Shown piece after piece: positions 52,201-63,990 of a stretch of DNA of 64,000 nucleotides. The DNA comes from Saccostrea echinata. Its lineage: Eukaryota. The stretch spans positions 2,790,001-2,854,000 of the forward strand of contig NW_026889778.1 of NCBI RefSeq assembly GCF_033153115.1. Direction: 5' to 3'. The notes beneath the pieces were generated by a model. The model was not told the DNA's origin. It searched no databases and saw nothing but the letters and a program-made list of their open reading frames with translations. Made by a program: the position numbers and the translations under genes. Numbering within the stretch: the first letter of the stretch is position 1; each line of letters opens with the position of its first letter.

Positions 52201-55135
52201 AAAAATCAAGGATGTACATGCATGTACATTTCAATGTGTGTGTTCATGAATGTTCATTTAAATTTGGTGAAAACCTCCATCTATGAACCAAACTGTATCT
52301 GATACAAACATTTTAGATCCCAGTGCTGGGTCCTGTTTCCCTGGATCAGTAACCTGATTCAGTCCAGAGAAATGTTCCAGGAAATTCTTGTCCTCTTCTT
52401 CTAGAACCCGACATTTTACAGAGGAGTCCAGCACTCTCCTTTTGTAGAACAGTTTCTAAGATAACAAAAAAAATTAAATCTGATTGGACACTAGGCTCCA
52501 TGAACAATACTGAATCATAAGAGGTAACTATAAACAAAGAATTCTCTGGTCAAATATCCTCCATAATTATAATTAATTAATTACTGTAAATCTGGAAATT
52601 TTTACGTCGGTTTATTTTTGCGAATCCGGGTCAAAAAGATGTTGATTAATTTTTACGTTTCAAAATTTTGCGAATTGACATTGGTGCTAAAATTAAAAAG
52701 CGCTGAAAATTTTCATAGCAGTTTATAAGTTACGCACGTGTTACGCATGTACATACAATATTAAACGATGCTAACATTCAATAATCGGATTATAAATTAC
52801 GCATGTATATACAATAAATTACGCATGTACATAAAATAAATTATGCATGTACATACAATACTAAATCATGCCAATGTTCAATAATCAGATAAAAATATTA
52901 GAAGAGATAAAACATCTAAACTATTTAAATTTTTCATAATATTTTAATAAATCACGCATATACATAAAATATATAAAACGATGTCAGCTTTAACTAACCT
53001 TCAGATAAAAACGTTTGTTCTTAGATAAAACAACTGGCCTCTCTTTCTTAGAGAAATAATTTAAAAGAGACATACTGCCTGTCAAACCATGGGACGATAT
53101 TGAATGTAGTGAAGGCATTCTCACGCACGGAATATCACACGTAATTAGCTTGTAGTATAAAGAGGTTTCTTAATATGACCACTGCTTATGAACACCTGCT
53201 CATCTTGTTAAAAATAGCAAATATTTTTTGTTTTCATTTTTTGTTGTTGATTTATTTTTAAGAAATATATTTTTGCGAATGCAATGCATGCGCAAATTTG
53301 CTAAAAATTTATCTACGGTAAAAATTTCCAGATTTACGGGTATTATTAATCATAAAGTGAAACTTGTTTAATCTAGATGTTGTATTCCGAGATGTTGCCT
53401 AATATGATGTCAATTTAATGACCTCTGGAATAAATTTTATTTGTTTAAAATGTTGTCTAATCTGGAATGTTGTTTTATCTGGCCAATATCTATGGAACCA
53501 ATGGTGTCTGGATTAGACATTTTACTGTATATTTGTATATGTTTTAGATTCATTTACATTTTCATATTGCATTAAAAAAATGTAAAAAATAAAAAATCAG
53601 TTCTACATGAAAAGTTAACCTAATTAATTCATATAATTAGAGTTAGTACTACTTTTTTACTTACAATTTGATTGACTTCCACCTTAACTCTGTTTATTCC
53701 GAATAAAAGTGTAGCAAGATTTAGGAAACATTGGAAACATTTATTTACTGCACTTGATTTAATCTGAAAAGAAATACCATGAGTACAAAAGGGATAAAAT
53801 TTCACAAACACATGTATGTAGTTTCATTTCATGATCATATTGGATTTATTAACATGTATAAATTTATATATAAATTTAAGATCTAATCAAGTATTGCTCA
53901 CTGCTCCTCTCTGAAGTGAGAGCACGTTTCCTCTGTTTTTCCTCTCTCTTTCTGTGTTGCTAGCTACGATTTTCTCGGTGGTCAGGTTCTCTACTCCTGT
54001 TTCAACAAGATGTTGGTGGAGAGGAGAATTCTGTAAAATATAACGCAACATTTAAATAAATCAAGATTTAAAGTTGATTCAAGAGTACTAGATAGAACGT
54101 TCTATCGTTAAAATGATATTGTCCTATGGACCCGGTTTAATGATAGAATTCGTTCCGTGTATTGGCAATGTTGCAAAATAAACATGGGCAATAACTCAAA
54201 CTCTGTGCATTTTCTATGAACAATCCAGAGAGTTCCGAATGTCATCATGGTGTTAAATTTTAAGCGAGGAAATAACGTTGAGAAAATGAGTTGAATTTTC
54301 GTACTTATATAGATTATTTTTTATGTTAAAAGGCATATACAATCTCAAAATGGTTTGTTATGATTAATTTGGTAGTTATTTTCAGTGCAACTCCTTTTGT
54401 ATTCTTCAAAATCATTTCGGAGTGGATCCACTCCGATTCGCTACATTGCAAGTACATGGGACGTATTCTAACTGTGGTGAGGGCTTGTCCCGAGACACAG
54501 TTAGATTATTTTAACAACAAGAGTACCAGTTGGCCCTGTAATTTTATGTGCTGCTTCTTATGAACTGATTCGAATGGGAAAAAATAAGAGTTAAAGTGTA
54601 CACAGTTGAGACAAATCAAAACATGGTGAGATTGCTTGCTTTGATATTGATTTTTTATAATAATTCCATTAATTACACAATGGAATCTACTTCCACAGTC
54701 TTTGGTCCAGTCTCCTTATGGAGATACACAGTACCTTATATTTAGCTGGAAATTAAACAGCTTGAATTAAATATTTTAATTTTTTTCAAGGTGCTTTGTG
54801 TGTGTGTGTGTTTTTATTTATTTATTGTGGTTGTCAATATGCAGAAAAAGTTGCATTTTAGCGACATGAAAGTTTTCTACTTTCTAAAAACTATGCATAA
54901 AAAGAAAAATTCCTTTCAAAATTTGTCTCATTTCCACAGACTACCACGAACAGATGAAAGTTCCAAAAGACTGAAAAGTTCTGGGCTGGCAATTGATTGG
55001 TAACTGAACACTTGCTTCTTGAAAGATCTCAAACTATACAGCTTAACCATGCACTAAACTATTCAGAAAATTCGTAAAAATTAAAGATACCTCGAACAAA
55101 ACATCTTCATCAGTATCGCATTCCATGTTTTCCAT
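41011..55135 (-). CDS. VEZT: Vezatin, about 13 coding exons
   Basis: Exons 55091-55135 (DEDVLFE), 53902-54030 (NSPLHQHL), 53683-53763 (tentative), 52310-52455 (VLEEEDKNFL; donor tentative), 51366-51659 (TM segments, LRLIQESELVARGFTL), 48108-48257, 45812-45962, 45467-45542, 45045-45255, 44650-44840 (ELLACKGCWEEG), 42506-42612, 42072-42152 (VFEAYID), 41011-41718 (LLTELKSVI..LAAMAVARS..EDTFGD). These resemble recalled vezatin signatures. Confidence 0.9.
42774..44065 (-). mobile_element. HINE carrying ~166-bp Cg170-like satellite repeats
   Basis: Ends aacaagaggcccatgggcc..gctcacctgag and (gaca)n..agctcacttgagctttcagctcaggtgagctaaaaa; ~6 units anchored on ttgaacaaacttgaatctacactacctgaggatgcttcc. 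Confidence 0.85.
44160..44673 (-). repeat. 32-bp tandem repeat (~16 copies) of VEZT exon end plus donor
   Basis: Minus-strand unit tgtacaaaaaccagtcatgtcagg|gtatgtac; the first copy is the end of exon 44650-44840. Confidence 0.95.
47230..48165 (-). repeat. 59/63-bp tandem repeat (~13 copies plus decayed tail) of VEZT exon end plus donor
   Basis: Minus-strand unit ..gactgtatga..ctaaggactggaccagtcaactggtcactca|gtaagtc; the first copy is the end of exon 48108-48257. Confidence 0.95.
48290..51076. mobile_element. Unclassified ~2.8-kb intronic repeat rich in GTTGCCATGGTAAC-like palindromes
   Basis: About 10 X-box-like dyads in 49440-50935; right end ...agagaatggctcttaa; left boundary uncertain. 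Confidence 0.4.
52582..53342. mobile_element. Tc1/mariner-type MITE
   Basis: TIR gtaaatctggaaatttttac at both ends, flanked by TA. Confidence 0.8.
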
Positions 55136-55436
55136 TCAATGTTTGTTAAGCGCCCCAACATCCTTCCGTTCGTAGCAATCTGAATAAGCGTTTCAGTGAT
55201 TAAGACATTTGGCGCCAAAATAAATCTGGAGGAAAAATACTTAAAATGTAAAAGTGAAATAAATTCCATAATTTTCATGATCTGATGACTTATATATAGT
55301 CTAGAATTATTACATGCTTTAGGTGTAAGAATAAGCTGACAATCTTTGTTCCTGTGGAACGGGTAAAAATGAAAGGAAACGAAAACGAAAGTAGTGTGAT
55401 AAAACGAAAGTTTAAAATTATCATGGGATCATTCAG

Positions 55437-55657
55437 GTACGTAACATAGGCACTCCCCAGCTTAATTGTTAAAAAATATATATCTACTATACTATAAACA
55501 TAACAAGGCATGAAACTAGCCCCCATGTTGGATTCCGCTTAGGGGCACTTTCTGACTTAGAGCTAGACCCTATTATGTTTAATTATAGTATAGTAGACAT
55601 GGTAGATCTATATATATTTTTAACAATTAAGATGGGGAGTGCCTATGGTACGTTACA
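55437..55657. repeat. Long inverted repeat in the VEZT/caspase divergent promoter region
   Basis: cataggcactccccagcttaattgttaaaaaatatata is inverted at ~55611-55648 with one mismatch. Confidence 0.85.
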
Positions 55658-56289
55658 ATAACTCAGAAAAGTTTTAATATTCAAAGTTTGAAATATGAAG
55701 AAAAAATTAAAATTGCAATAAAAAAAATCACTTTATACTGTACAGAAAGATCTAGGCAACTGTTCAGTGCTGTTTTTAGCAGAGGCCAGGGCTCTGTTTA
55801 CCTGTTTACAGGCACAAGACAGGTAAGATACGTATATGCATAATCTAGATGTATCTACATGAAATCAGTTGAACCAAAGACATGAATAAATTTTTTTTCG
55901 TAATTTTTGTTTGCGCTTGAACTTTATCGTTATTTTTCTCACAATACTATTTTCTTACTTTTTGATGTTGAAATAAAATCTAGACAATGAATGGCTCTAT
56001 TGTAATATTAATGGATTCTAAAGTGAGAAGGATTTACATGTTTACATATAAATACATGCATTAGTTAAAGCACCCAAAGTTTATCAAAGTGCTTCAGAAA
56101 AGAGCTCAGTATTATAGTGGGACAATTATTAACAAAGCCCCCCAATGTTGGAATATTAAGAAGCAACCCCTTGACAAAAAAGTTCTGAATCAAAATTATT
56201 GGAAAATATTTTCCAGGAAACCAACTCCGAATTTGGTCATCGGCTCATAGCATCCCCTAACATACGGAAAAAATATCTTTAAGACTGTT

Positions 56290-56900
56290 CCAAAGTTTTA
56301 TTTATACAAGATTTACAAGATTTATTGGTCCAATTTGGGCCCCCGGAGGAGCAAAAAAGATTTACAAACATGAAACAAAGAAGGAGGAAGATCCAAATGA
56401 TAGAACAAACATGATCTTAAATATAATGAGCAGTGCTTAATTGTATAATCATTGATAAATGCATCTACAAGAGATATATACGAGTATACATATTGTAATA
56501 TAATAATAATATATAGTCAAGTAACTGGAAAGATACATACAGGCTGTATATTCATATCAAAGAACAGAAGAGATGATATATTGCCATTCCTACATGTATA
56601 TACATCCCCAAATATATTTAAATTTTTCAGTTAAGGTAGATTATCAAGGAATCTAGCAAGAGATCTTAGGATCTCAGGGTCTTCATTAGTCATGAGCCAA
56701 TGAAATTGATTATCATATGATAGAGACTGAAAATTTTTACATTTATTATTACGAATATTTATGAGTTCAAGTCTTTGTACACTAAAATGAGGACATACAA
56801 GGAGATCGAAAATGAATTTCATCCTGAATCTCCTTGTGATCACAAAGGGAACAAATTCGTTCATCTTTAGGTATTTTTTGATATCGTCCAATTTCAATTT
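56290..56900 (-). mobile_element. 3' fragment of a LINE (ORF2 C-terminal CCHC knuckle plus 3' UTR), frameshifted
   Basis: Minus strand DERICSLCDHKEIQDEIHF/LLVCPHFSVQR...FHWLMTNEDPEILRSLARFL; tail aataaatcttgtaaatcttg. Confidence 0.75.
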
Positions 56901-57345
56901 TATATAATGCCTGCTAATTTTGGGCTTAAGCACCCCAAAATGTATACAAATTGTACTCCATCATTAATTAACCCCAAAACAAACAATAAGTATCCATTTC
57001 AAAAACAATTATGTGCTGAAATAAAGAGTAAAGAAACTTACAAAATTATTGTTCAAGATAGGGAATGAAATTTATAGTTACTTGATTGAAATTGCTTTTC
57101 CCTATTTTCTTACATTTACATCACTGTGCTTTGAACAAAAATAATGGGGTCTTTTCATCCATATTTGATAATTAAATAATATACATGTACTTAGCAGATC
57201 AAGTTAATTTGTTTTCAAATACTTTTTGTTGGCACTTTAACCAAAATAACGAGGCCTTTCAACTAATTCTGTGCATGTACTGATTGATTATTGCTTAATG
57301 CCGAGTCAGCAATATTTTAGCCATATTTCTAGGCTTTTAGTAAGG

Positions 57346-57908
57346 GAATGGCTTTGTGAAGACATGGACATTAGATTTCTGTGGTTTTAACATGTAGGGA
57401 ATGGCTTTGTGACGACGTGGACATTAGAATATGGCTCTGTGATGAAATGGACATTAGAATGGCTTTGTGACGATGTGGACATTAGAATGGCTTTGTGATG
57501 ACGTGGACATTAGAATGGCTCTGTGACGATGTGGACATTAGAATGGCTTTGTGACGATGTGGACATTAGAATGGCTCTGTGATGACGTGGACATTAGAAT
57601 GGCTATGTGACGATGTGGACATTAGAATGGCTTTGTGATGACGTGGACATTAGAATGGCTCTGTGATGAAGTGGACATTAGAATGGCTTTGTGATGACGT
57701 GGACATTAGAATGGCTCTGTGACGACATGGACATTAGAATGGCTTTGTGACGACATGGATATTAGAATGGCTCTGCAACGACGTGGACATTAGAATGGCT
57801 TTGTGATGATGTGGACATTAGAATGGCTTTGTGACGACGTGGACATTTGAATGGCTCTGTGGCGATGTGGACATTAGAATAGCTATGTGGCGACGTGGAC
57901 ATTAGAAT
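57346..57908. repeat. 28-bp minisatellite, ~18-19 copies
   Basis: Unit gtggacattagaatggctYtgtgaYgaY. Confidence 0.95.
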
Positions 57909-58188
57909 TCTGTCACTTTTAATGTGTATCTTAGGAGCATTTAAAAAATTAAGATGATTTTGTTTTGAATATTTGACTATTCTTGGTTAATTTACTAGAC
58001 TGTAACATTCTGCTTAGTGGCTCTGTGACAAAATGTTATTGTATGGAACACTTTGACTTAAATATTAAAGGGCACATTTCTTTCTATTTTGGAGCACTTT
58101 TATTGGCATTAAATAAAAATATTAATCGAACTGAGTAATGCAAAAACAAATTAATCTTTGTTTTTTTGCAGATACAGATTTTATTAGC

Positions 58189-61100
58189 ATGTCTGCCATA
58201 GTAAAAATTTCTGAAGAAAGATATGAGTCCAAAACATATAAAACAACCCCTGGTAGAAATGGTACCATCTGTCGACCTGTAATCCTGGACATCAGAAAAA
58301 CCCACTTTGGCCTGTTCAGTCATGAGAGACCCTCGGCTTCCAGGGACGTTGACCTTCTAAAGGAGACGTTCAAAAAATTACCAGGATTTCACCCGGATCC
58401 TTACATAATTAGTGATACGAATTCTGAGAAAGAACATGATCCTTTGTACTCCATGGACAACCTTAGAAAGGAACTGAGTAACATTGGTAAATGTTCGAGG
58501 CTCTGTGTTTCATAATATCTGTGTAGTATTTTGAGTAGTTACTAGTAAGCTATTTCAAATTTCTGTTAACAATCAATGCAGATCTACATGTATGTGCAAA
58601 ATTCATCATTACATTGTTTTTTTTTTTTGTTTTTTGTTTTTTTGCTTTATAATGGTTTTTTAGCTCACCTCAACGAAGTCGAGATGAGCTTATGCTATAC
58701 CGTCGGCATCAGCGTTAGCGTCGGCGTCCCAGGTTAAAGTTTTAGGAGCAAGTCCCATTCCCAAGTACCTATAAGCCCTACCTGGACCAAACTTGCATGG
58801 ATGATGCATCTAGGGATGGACACTACCAAACTTGCTTCGGATGCTGGATCTTACCTAGATTTTCCAGATGAGTGACCAGGTTAAAGTTTTAGGAGCAGGT
58901 CCATTCCTAAGTAACTATAAGCCCTACCTGGATCAAACTTGCATGGATGATGCATCTAGGGATGGACACTACCACACTTGCTGCGGATGCTGGATCTGAC
59001 CTAGATTTTCCAGATGAGTGACCAGGTTAAAGTTTTAGGAGCAGGTCCATTCCCAAGTAACTATAAGCCCTACCTCGACCAAACTTGCATGGATGATGCA
59101 TCCAGGGATGGACACTACCACACTTGCTTCGGATGCTGGATCTGACGTAGATTTTCCACATGTGAGTCCAGGTTTAGATTTAGGAGTAGTCTCGTTCCCA
59201 AGTAAATATAAGCCCTACCTGAACCAAACTTTCATGGATGATGCATCTAGGGATGTACACTAACCAACCTGCTTCGAATGCTGGATCTGACCTAGATTTT
59301 CCACATGAGTGAATTTTAGCCATATTTTAACCAAATTAGCGTGGATGATGTATCTAGGGATGGACACTTCCAGACTTGCCTTGGATTCTGAATCTGACGT
59401 ACATTTTCCAGATGAGTGACCAGGGTAATTTTTTTGGAGTAGCTATATAATATTATGGCCTGTTATGAATAAACTTGCATAGATGGTGCATCTAAGGATG
59501 AAAACTTCCAGACTTGCTTTGGATGTTGGAACTGACCAAAATTTTCTTGATTACTAAACAGGTCAAAAGTTTTTTGAGCAGGTCTATAATTAAATCAAAC
59601 TTGCATGGATATTGATCTTGGGATGTACCCTAGAAAAAAAATATGATGTGAAATTTGCCTTACATGTAGATAACATTCGTCGAGGTGAGCTTCGTAATCT
59701 TTGATTACCTATGTTTCTTAATTTTGACTTTAATTTCTTTTAGCCAGTAATGAAGAGATCACCAAAAATGCAGAGGTGTTCCTATGTGTGGTGCTGGCGT
59801 TTGGAGAGTCGGGGTATTTCTATTTACCCAATGATCCAATAGATGGATATAAACAGCGAAGTCGAAAACCTCCAAAATTCTCTGTCAATGATCTGCTGTC
59901 GTATTTCAAAGGAAACTACTGCCCAAATTTGATCCTGAAACCAAAAATTTTTCTTATACAGGTAATTATTCCTGACCAATTTTTGAGAGCATGGAAATTC
60001 TGGAGATCATTTGTTATTAGGAAAATTTGACATACATGCAGGAAGCAAAGTGTAAATCGCCATAGGCTCATGGGCCTCAGTGCTTACCTGAGTCACATTC
60101 CTCATCCAGCATGTGATGGATCCAGTCGTATAATGATTTTGTGGATTTCTTTGTTTAAGCTGTTATCAGAGACATAAATAACAGAGGTACGCAAATATTC
60201 AATGTCTCGTGTGATCTCTCGGTCCCTATTGTTTACTTTTTACAAATCTCATGCAACTTAAATCACATAAAATTTTAAAATTATCAGATATAATAGAGTA
60301 AAAATTTTTAATTTATATTAACAAATTATTCAGGATCTAAAACAATAACAAAGGAGAAATCTGAAATTGCAACAGGTCACTCTTGTTTGGCCATATCGCT
60401 GCAATTTTGCCGACTTTTGATCATTGACCTCTTTAATTTGCCTAGTTTGATTTTAAAATTCAATAAACTTTTCAAATCATACACCCATATATAATAGAAT
60501 TAATATTATTACACTTGTGATAGAAATACAAGACCAAAAAAAGTTATTCCTAGGATAATACCAGGACTGTCACACATTTCAGTAAACAAACATGTTAATG
60601 GTGGAGTTACAAATCTCTTATTTATGTCTCTACTGTTATCTACCTGAGTGGTGGATCCAGGAATTTCATAAATGGGGGTCTGGGGCGATGAATTCTTACA
60701 AATAAGAGGTGTTTTTTTTTTGTTGATTTTAGGATAATGAACATGTAAGTTCTGCATACAAAAAATTCAAACGAGGGGGGGGGGGGGGCACGCCCGGCGC
60801 GCTGGTGCTAGATCCGCCTTTGACTATGTTTTGTGTGTACATCTTCTGAGTATCTGACCCCTTAGGACACATTTACAAAATGGACTGCTTAAATTTTTCT
60901 TTTTCATCCAAATTTCATAAAACACAGCATTTTAAGATGGAGGTTGTAGTGACAGCCTTTGCTATAACTAGTTGTCGTAGTAACTGTAATGATTCAGCGG
61001 ACACCACCTAGTGCTGGATCTGACCTACATTTTCCGGATGAGCAACCAGGCTAGGGTTTTTGGTAGGGCTGTGTATTGAGCAAGAAATTCTGATATGATA

Positions 61101-63990
61101 CAATATTTTATAAAGCAATATGGGATATATTGGATTCTCAAACAATTCTATCAAAAAATTAATGCATAAATTTGATGAAAACTGAGTGTTTTATAACCCA
61201 TATATGTTGAAGCTCTTGTCTCACTACAATTACAAAATACACTTCAACCTTTTAATGACTGTAAAACCAGCACAGAGCTGTGGAGAACTTTTTCAGATAG
61301 CCAAAAATTCGGACCGGCTAGAAGACAAAATAAGCTGGTCCGATGCGATATTCGCCGGTCTGAAATAGTAAGTCACAAAATGGAAAAAAGCAAAACATAT
61401 ACTCACTTCATTACACATCTTTTTACTTAATAATGATATTCAATCTCCATTTCCAAGTCCTCTTCTGTTTTCGTTTGTTGCATTTATAACAATACTGGAT
61501 TTCACTGCTTTTGGGCAGGTGACAATGCTAATTCAGCATAGTAAACTACAATAATAAATAATTTTGAAGTTAAGAGGTCCTGGCCAAACTTTTCTCAAAA
61601 GCTGAAGAGTGACATACCTTAATTCAAAACAGTTAAATAGAATCTTTGGTGATTGAAATTCCCAACTTTTTCACAGAATTATAAGAGAAACTGCCTTCCT
61701 GATATGTACTGGAAGTTATTTTTTTTATGACGATACATTTTTGAATATCAGTACATATCAATATATTGACACAACCCTAGTTTTTGGAGCAGATCCATTC
61801 CCAAATAACTATAAATCTTTAGGAGACTTAACGGTGCATGGATGATACATATAAGGACATACACTGTCAGACATACCTTGTATGCCTGGTCTGACTTAAC
61901 ATTTCCAGGGTGATTGAAGGGTCAGAGATTTGGGATTTGTATCTAAGGAAACACACCAACAAGAACATTTGATTAGTTGATATTTAGCGAACATTAATTT
62001 GATGTGAGACTTTGCTTAACTTAAAGATAAAATTTTTTGAGGTGAGCTTGTTAATCTTTGATTTTCTTTGTTTTGTATGTACAGACTTGTAACCCTAACC
62101 TTGACCAGAAGGATAGATCACTGTTTTTTAGGGAGGGAGAACTACTGCCCAAAATACAGAGGACCCCAATAGAAGCAGATATACTCATCTATCACTCCAT
62201 TGTGTCAGGTAAGATTGGGGTGGGGGGGGGGGGATACTACCCTGAATACAGAATAGAAGCAGACATACTTATCCATCATTCTATTGTGTCGATTTCTTTC
62301 TCCTTCAGTTTTGATCTGACTACAGTAAAACATTATACTTATGTAGACTATTCCAAGGTTCGTAATTCTGTCTATCATTTTTAGCCAGGCTCGTTGCTCA
62401 TAGAGCAATAGCCGGCTTCTGTCATGGTGTTGAACCGCATATGCTGCTTCCTCACCGCCAAATCAAATTTACAAGTAAAAATTTATAATACGTACGCTCA
62501 GTTGCTTTTGTGACAATACAAACAATAAAATTAGACAAAGTAAAGTAAACTGAGGAATTTTCTTAACAAATAAACATAAATGGTAATCTACTTTCTCCCA
62601 TGTTCTTCAATTAATTATTAGGGCCCTGCTCTGCGGGCGCCCTATAGTGATCAGTCTGTCCATCAGTCGGTCCGTCCATCTGTCTGTCCGAGATCTCTTG
62701 TCCGGAGCATATCTTCTCTCTCCTTGGCCCAATCTGGCTCATACTTCACCCACAGAGTGTCTTTGGGTAAAGAATGTGCAGTGACTTTGAACTATGTTTC
62801 TAGGTCTAAGGTTAAGGTCATAGAAGAATTGTGTGAAAAATTCTTGTCCAGAGCATATCTTCTCTCCCCTTGGTCCAATGTGGCTTATACTTCACTCACA
62901 GAGTGCCACTGGTCAATGGATGTGCAGTGACCTTGAACTTCTGTAGAGATGACTATAAAGGGTAAGGAGGTGGATAAGATATACAGGTTGGTTATAGAAT
63001 ATGTCTAGAATTACGGGATGAAAGTTCGTTGATTGACAAATGCTTAACTCTAATGTGTTATATAGTTGGACTAATTGACGACTGCACAACCTTAATTCTA
63101 ATGTGTTATGTTGTTGGACTAATTGATGACTGCACAACCTTAATTCTAATGTGTTATGTCGTTGGACTAATTGATGACTGCACAACCTTAATTCTTATGT
63201 GTTATGTTGTTGGACTAATTGATGACTGCACAACCCTAATTCTAATGTGTTATGTAGTTGGACTAATTGACGACTGCACAACCCTAATTCTAATGTGTTA
63301 TGTTGTTGGACTAATTGATGACTGCACAACCTTAACTCTAATGTGTTATGTTGTTGGACTAATTGATGACTGCACAACCCTAATTCTAATGTGTTATGTA
63401 GTTGGACTAATTGACGACTGCACAACCTTAACTCTAATGTGTTATGTTGTTGGACTAATTGATGACTGCACAACCTTAACTATTATGAGTTATGTAGTTG
63501 GACTAATTGATGACTGCACAACCTTAACTCTAATGTAATCTGTAGTTGGACTGATTGCAAGGACAGACATAACAATGAACTGATATTAAGACAAGAATAT
63601 TAAACATTAGGAAAGAAGAGAATTGTAAATAATGTTCAATAATTTAATAAATAAAAATTGTAATTTCTTTCAGGTGGATATACTGACAGAATGAAACCAG
63701 AAACAAAGAGAGGCCTAGGAGAGAACATTGACCACATAGGAAATACTGATGGTCAGTCAGCCTGCCAGTTCGTGTACGCCCTCTATAAGGAGGTCACGGC
63801 TCTCACTGACCACAGGGAAGAGTTTGAACTGACCGATCTTATCCTGAATGTAAATAGGTCACTAGATGACTTTATTGAGAAGGAACATTATAAATCTGAT
63901 GAAAGAAACAAACCGTGGAATATTGAACCTCCAGAGGTCCCTGTATGTATAGACCAGCTGACTAAGAAACTGGTGCTAAAGACAAGATAA
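58189..63990 (+). CDS. Caspase-like protein (short or no prodomain), catalytic His replaced; probable pseudo-caspase
   Basis: Exons 58189-58486, 59744-59961, 62085-62208, 63674-63990 join in frame: ERPSASRDVDLLKETF..FLCVVLAFGESG..FKGNYCPNLILKPKIFLIQ|TCNP..PIEADILIYHSIVSG..CQFVYAL..ELTDLILNVNR..VPVCIDQLTKKL. Probable non-coding 5' exon ends at ~55821 (acag|gtaag). Confidence 0.85.
58657..59716 (+). mobile_element. HINE with ~147-bp tandem core
   Basis: 5' ttttagctcacct..gatgagct, (gcgtcg)n, tandem units aaacttgcatggatgatgcatctagggatggacactacc; 3' gaggtgagct..taatctttgatta. Confidence 0.85.
60648..60822. mobile_element. Short PIF/Harbinger-like MITE
   Basis: Ends gtggtggatccagg / ctagatccgcctttg with an internal G-run. 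Confidence 0.55.
61000..62075 (+). mobile_element. Decayed 3' part of the same HINE family as 58657-59716, split by a hAT MITE
   Basis: gctggatctgaccta..gagcaaccagg at 61010-61055 continues at 61780 (gagcagatccattcccaaataactataa) and ends gaggtgagcttgttaatctttgatt. Confidence 0.7.
61064..61779. mobile_element. hAT-type MITE
   Basis: TIR tagggctgtgt / acacaacccta with perfect 8-bp TSD gtttttgg (61056-61063, 61780-61787). Confidence 0.88.
62617..62950 (+). mobile_element. HINE-like 5' fragment
   Basis: ttagggccctgctctgcgggcgccctatagtgatc, then (gtcc/gtct)n, then two ~150-bp units. Confidence 0.65.
63030..63555. repeat. 48-bp minisatellite, ~11 copies
   Basis: Unit ttaattctaatgtgttatgttgttggactaattgatgactgcacaacc. 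Confidence 0.95.

Noticed and set aside
57346-57908. CRISPR-like appearance of the short repeats here and elsewhere
   Set aside because: Head-to-tail units with no unique spacers, eukaryotic context, no cas genes. This array and the 27- and 48-bp arrays also do not match an adjacent exon end.
62913-63538. Repetitive ORFs on both strands
   Set aside because: 48-bp minisatellite translation.
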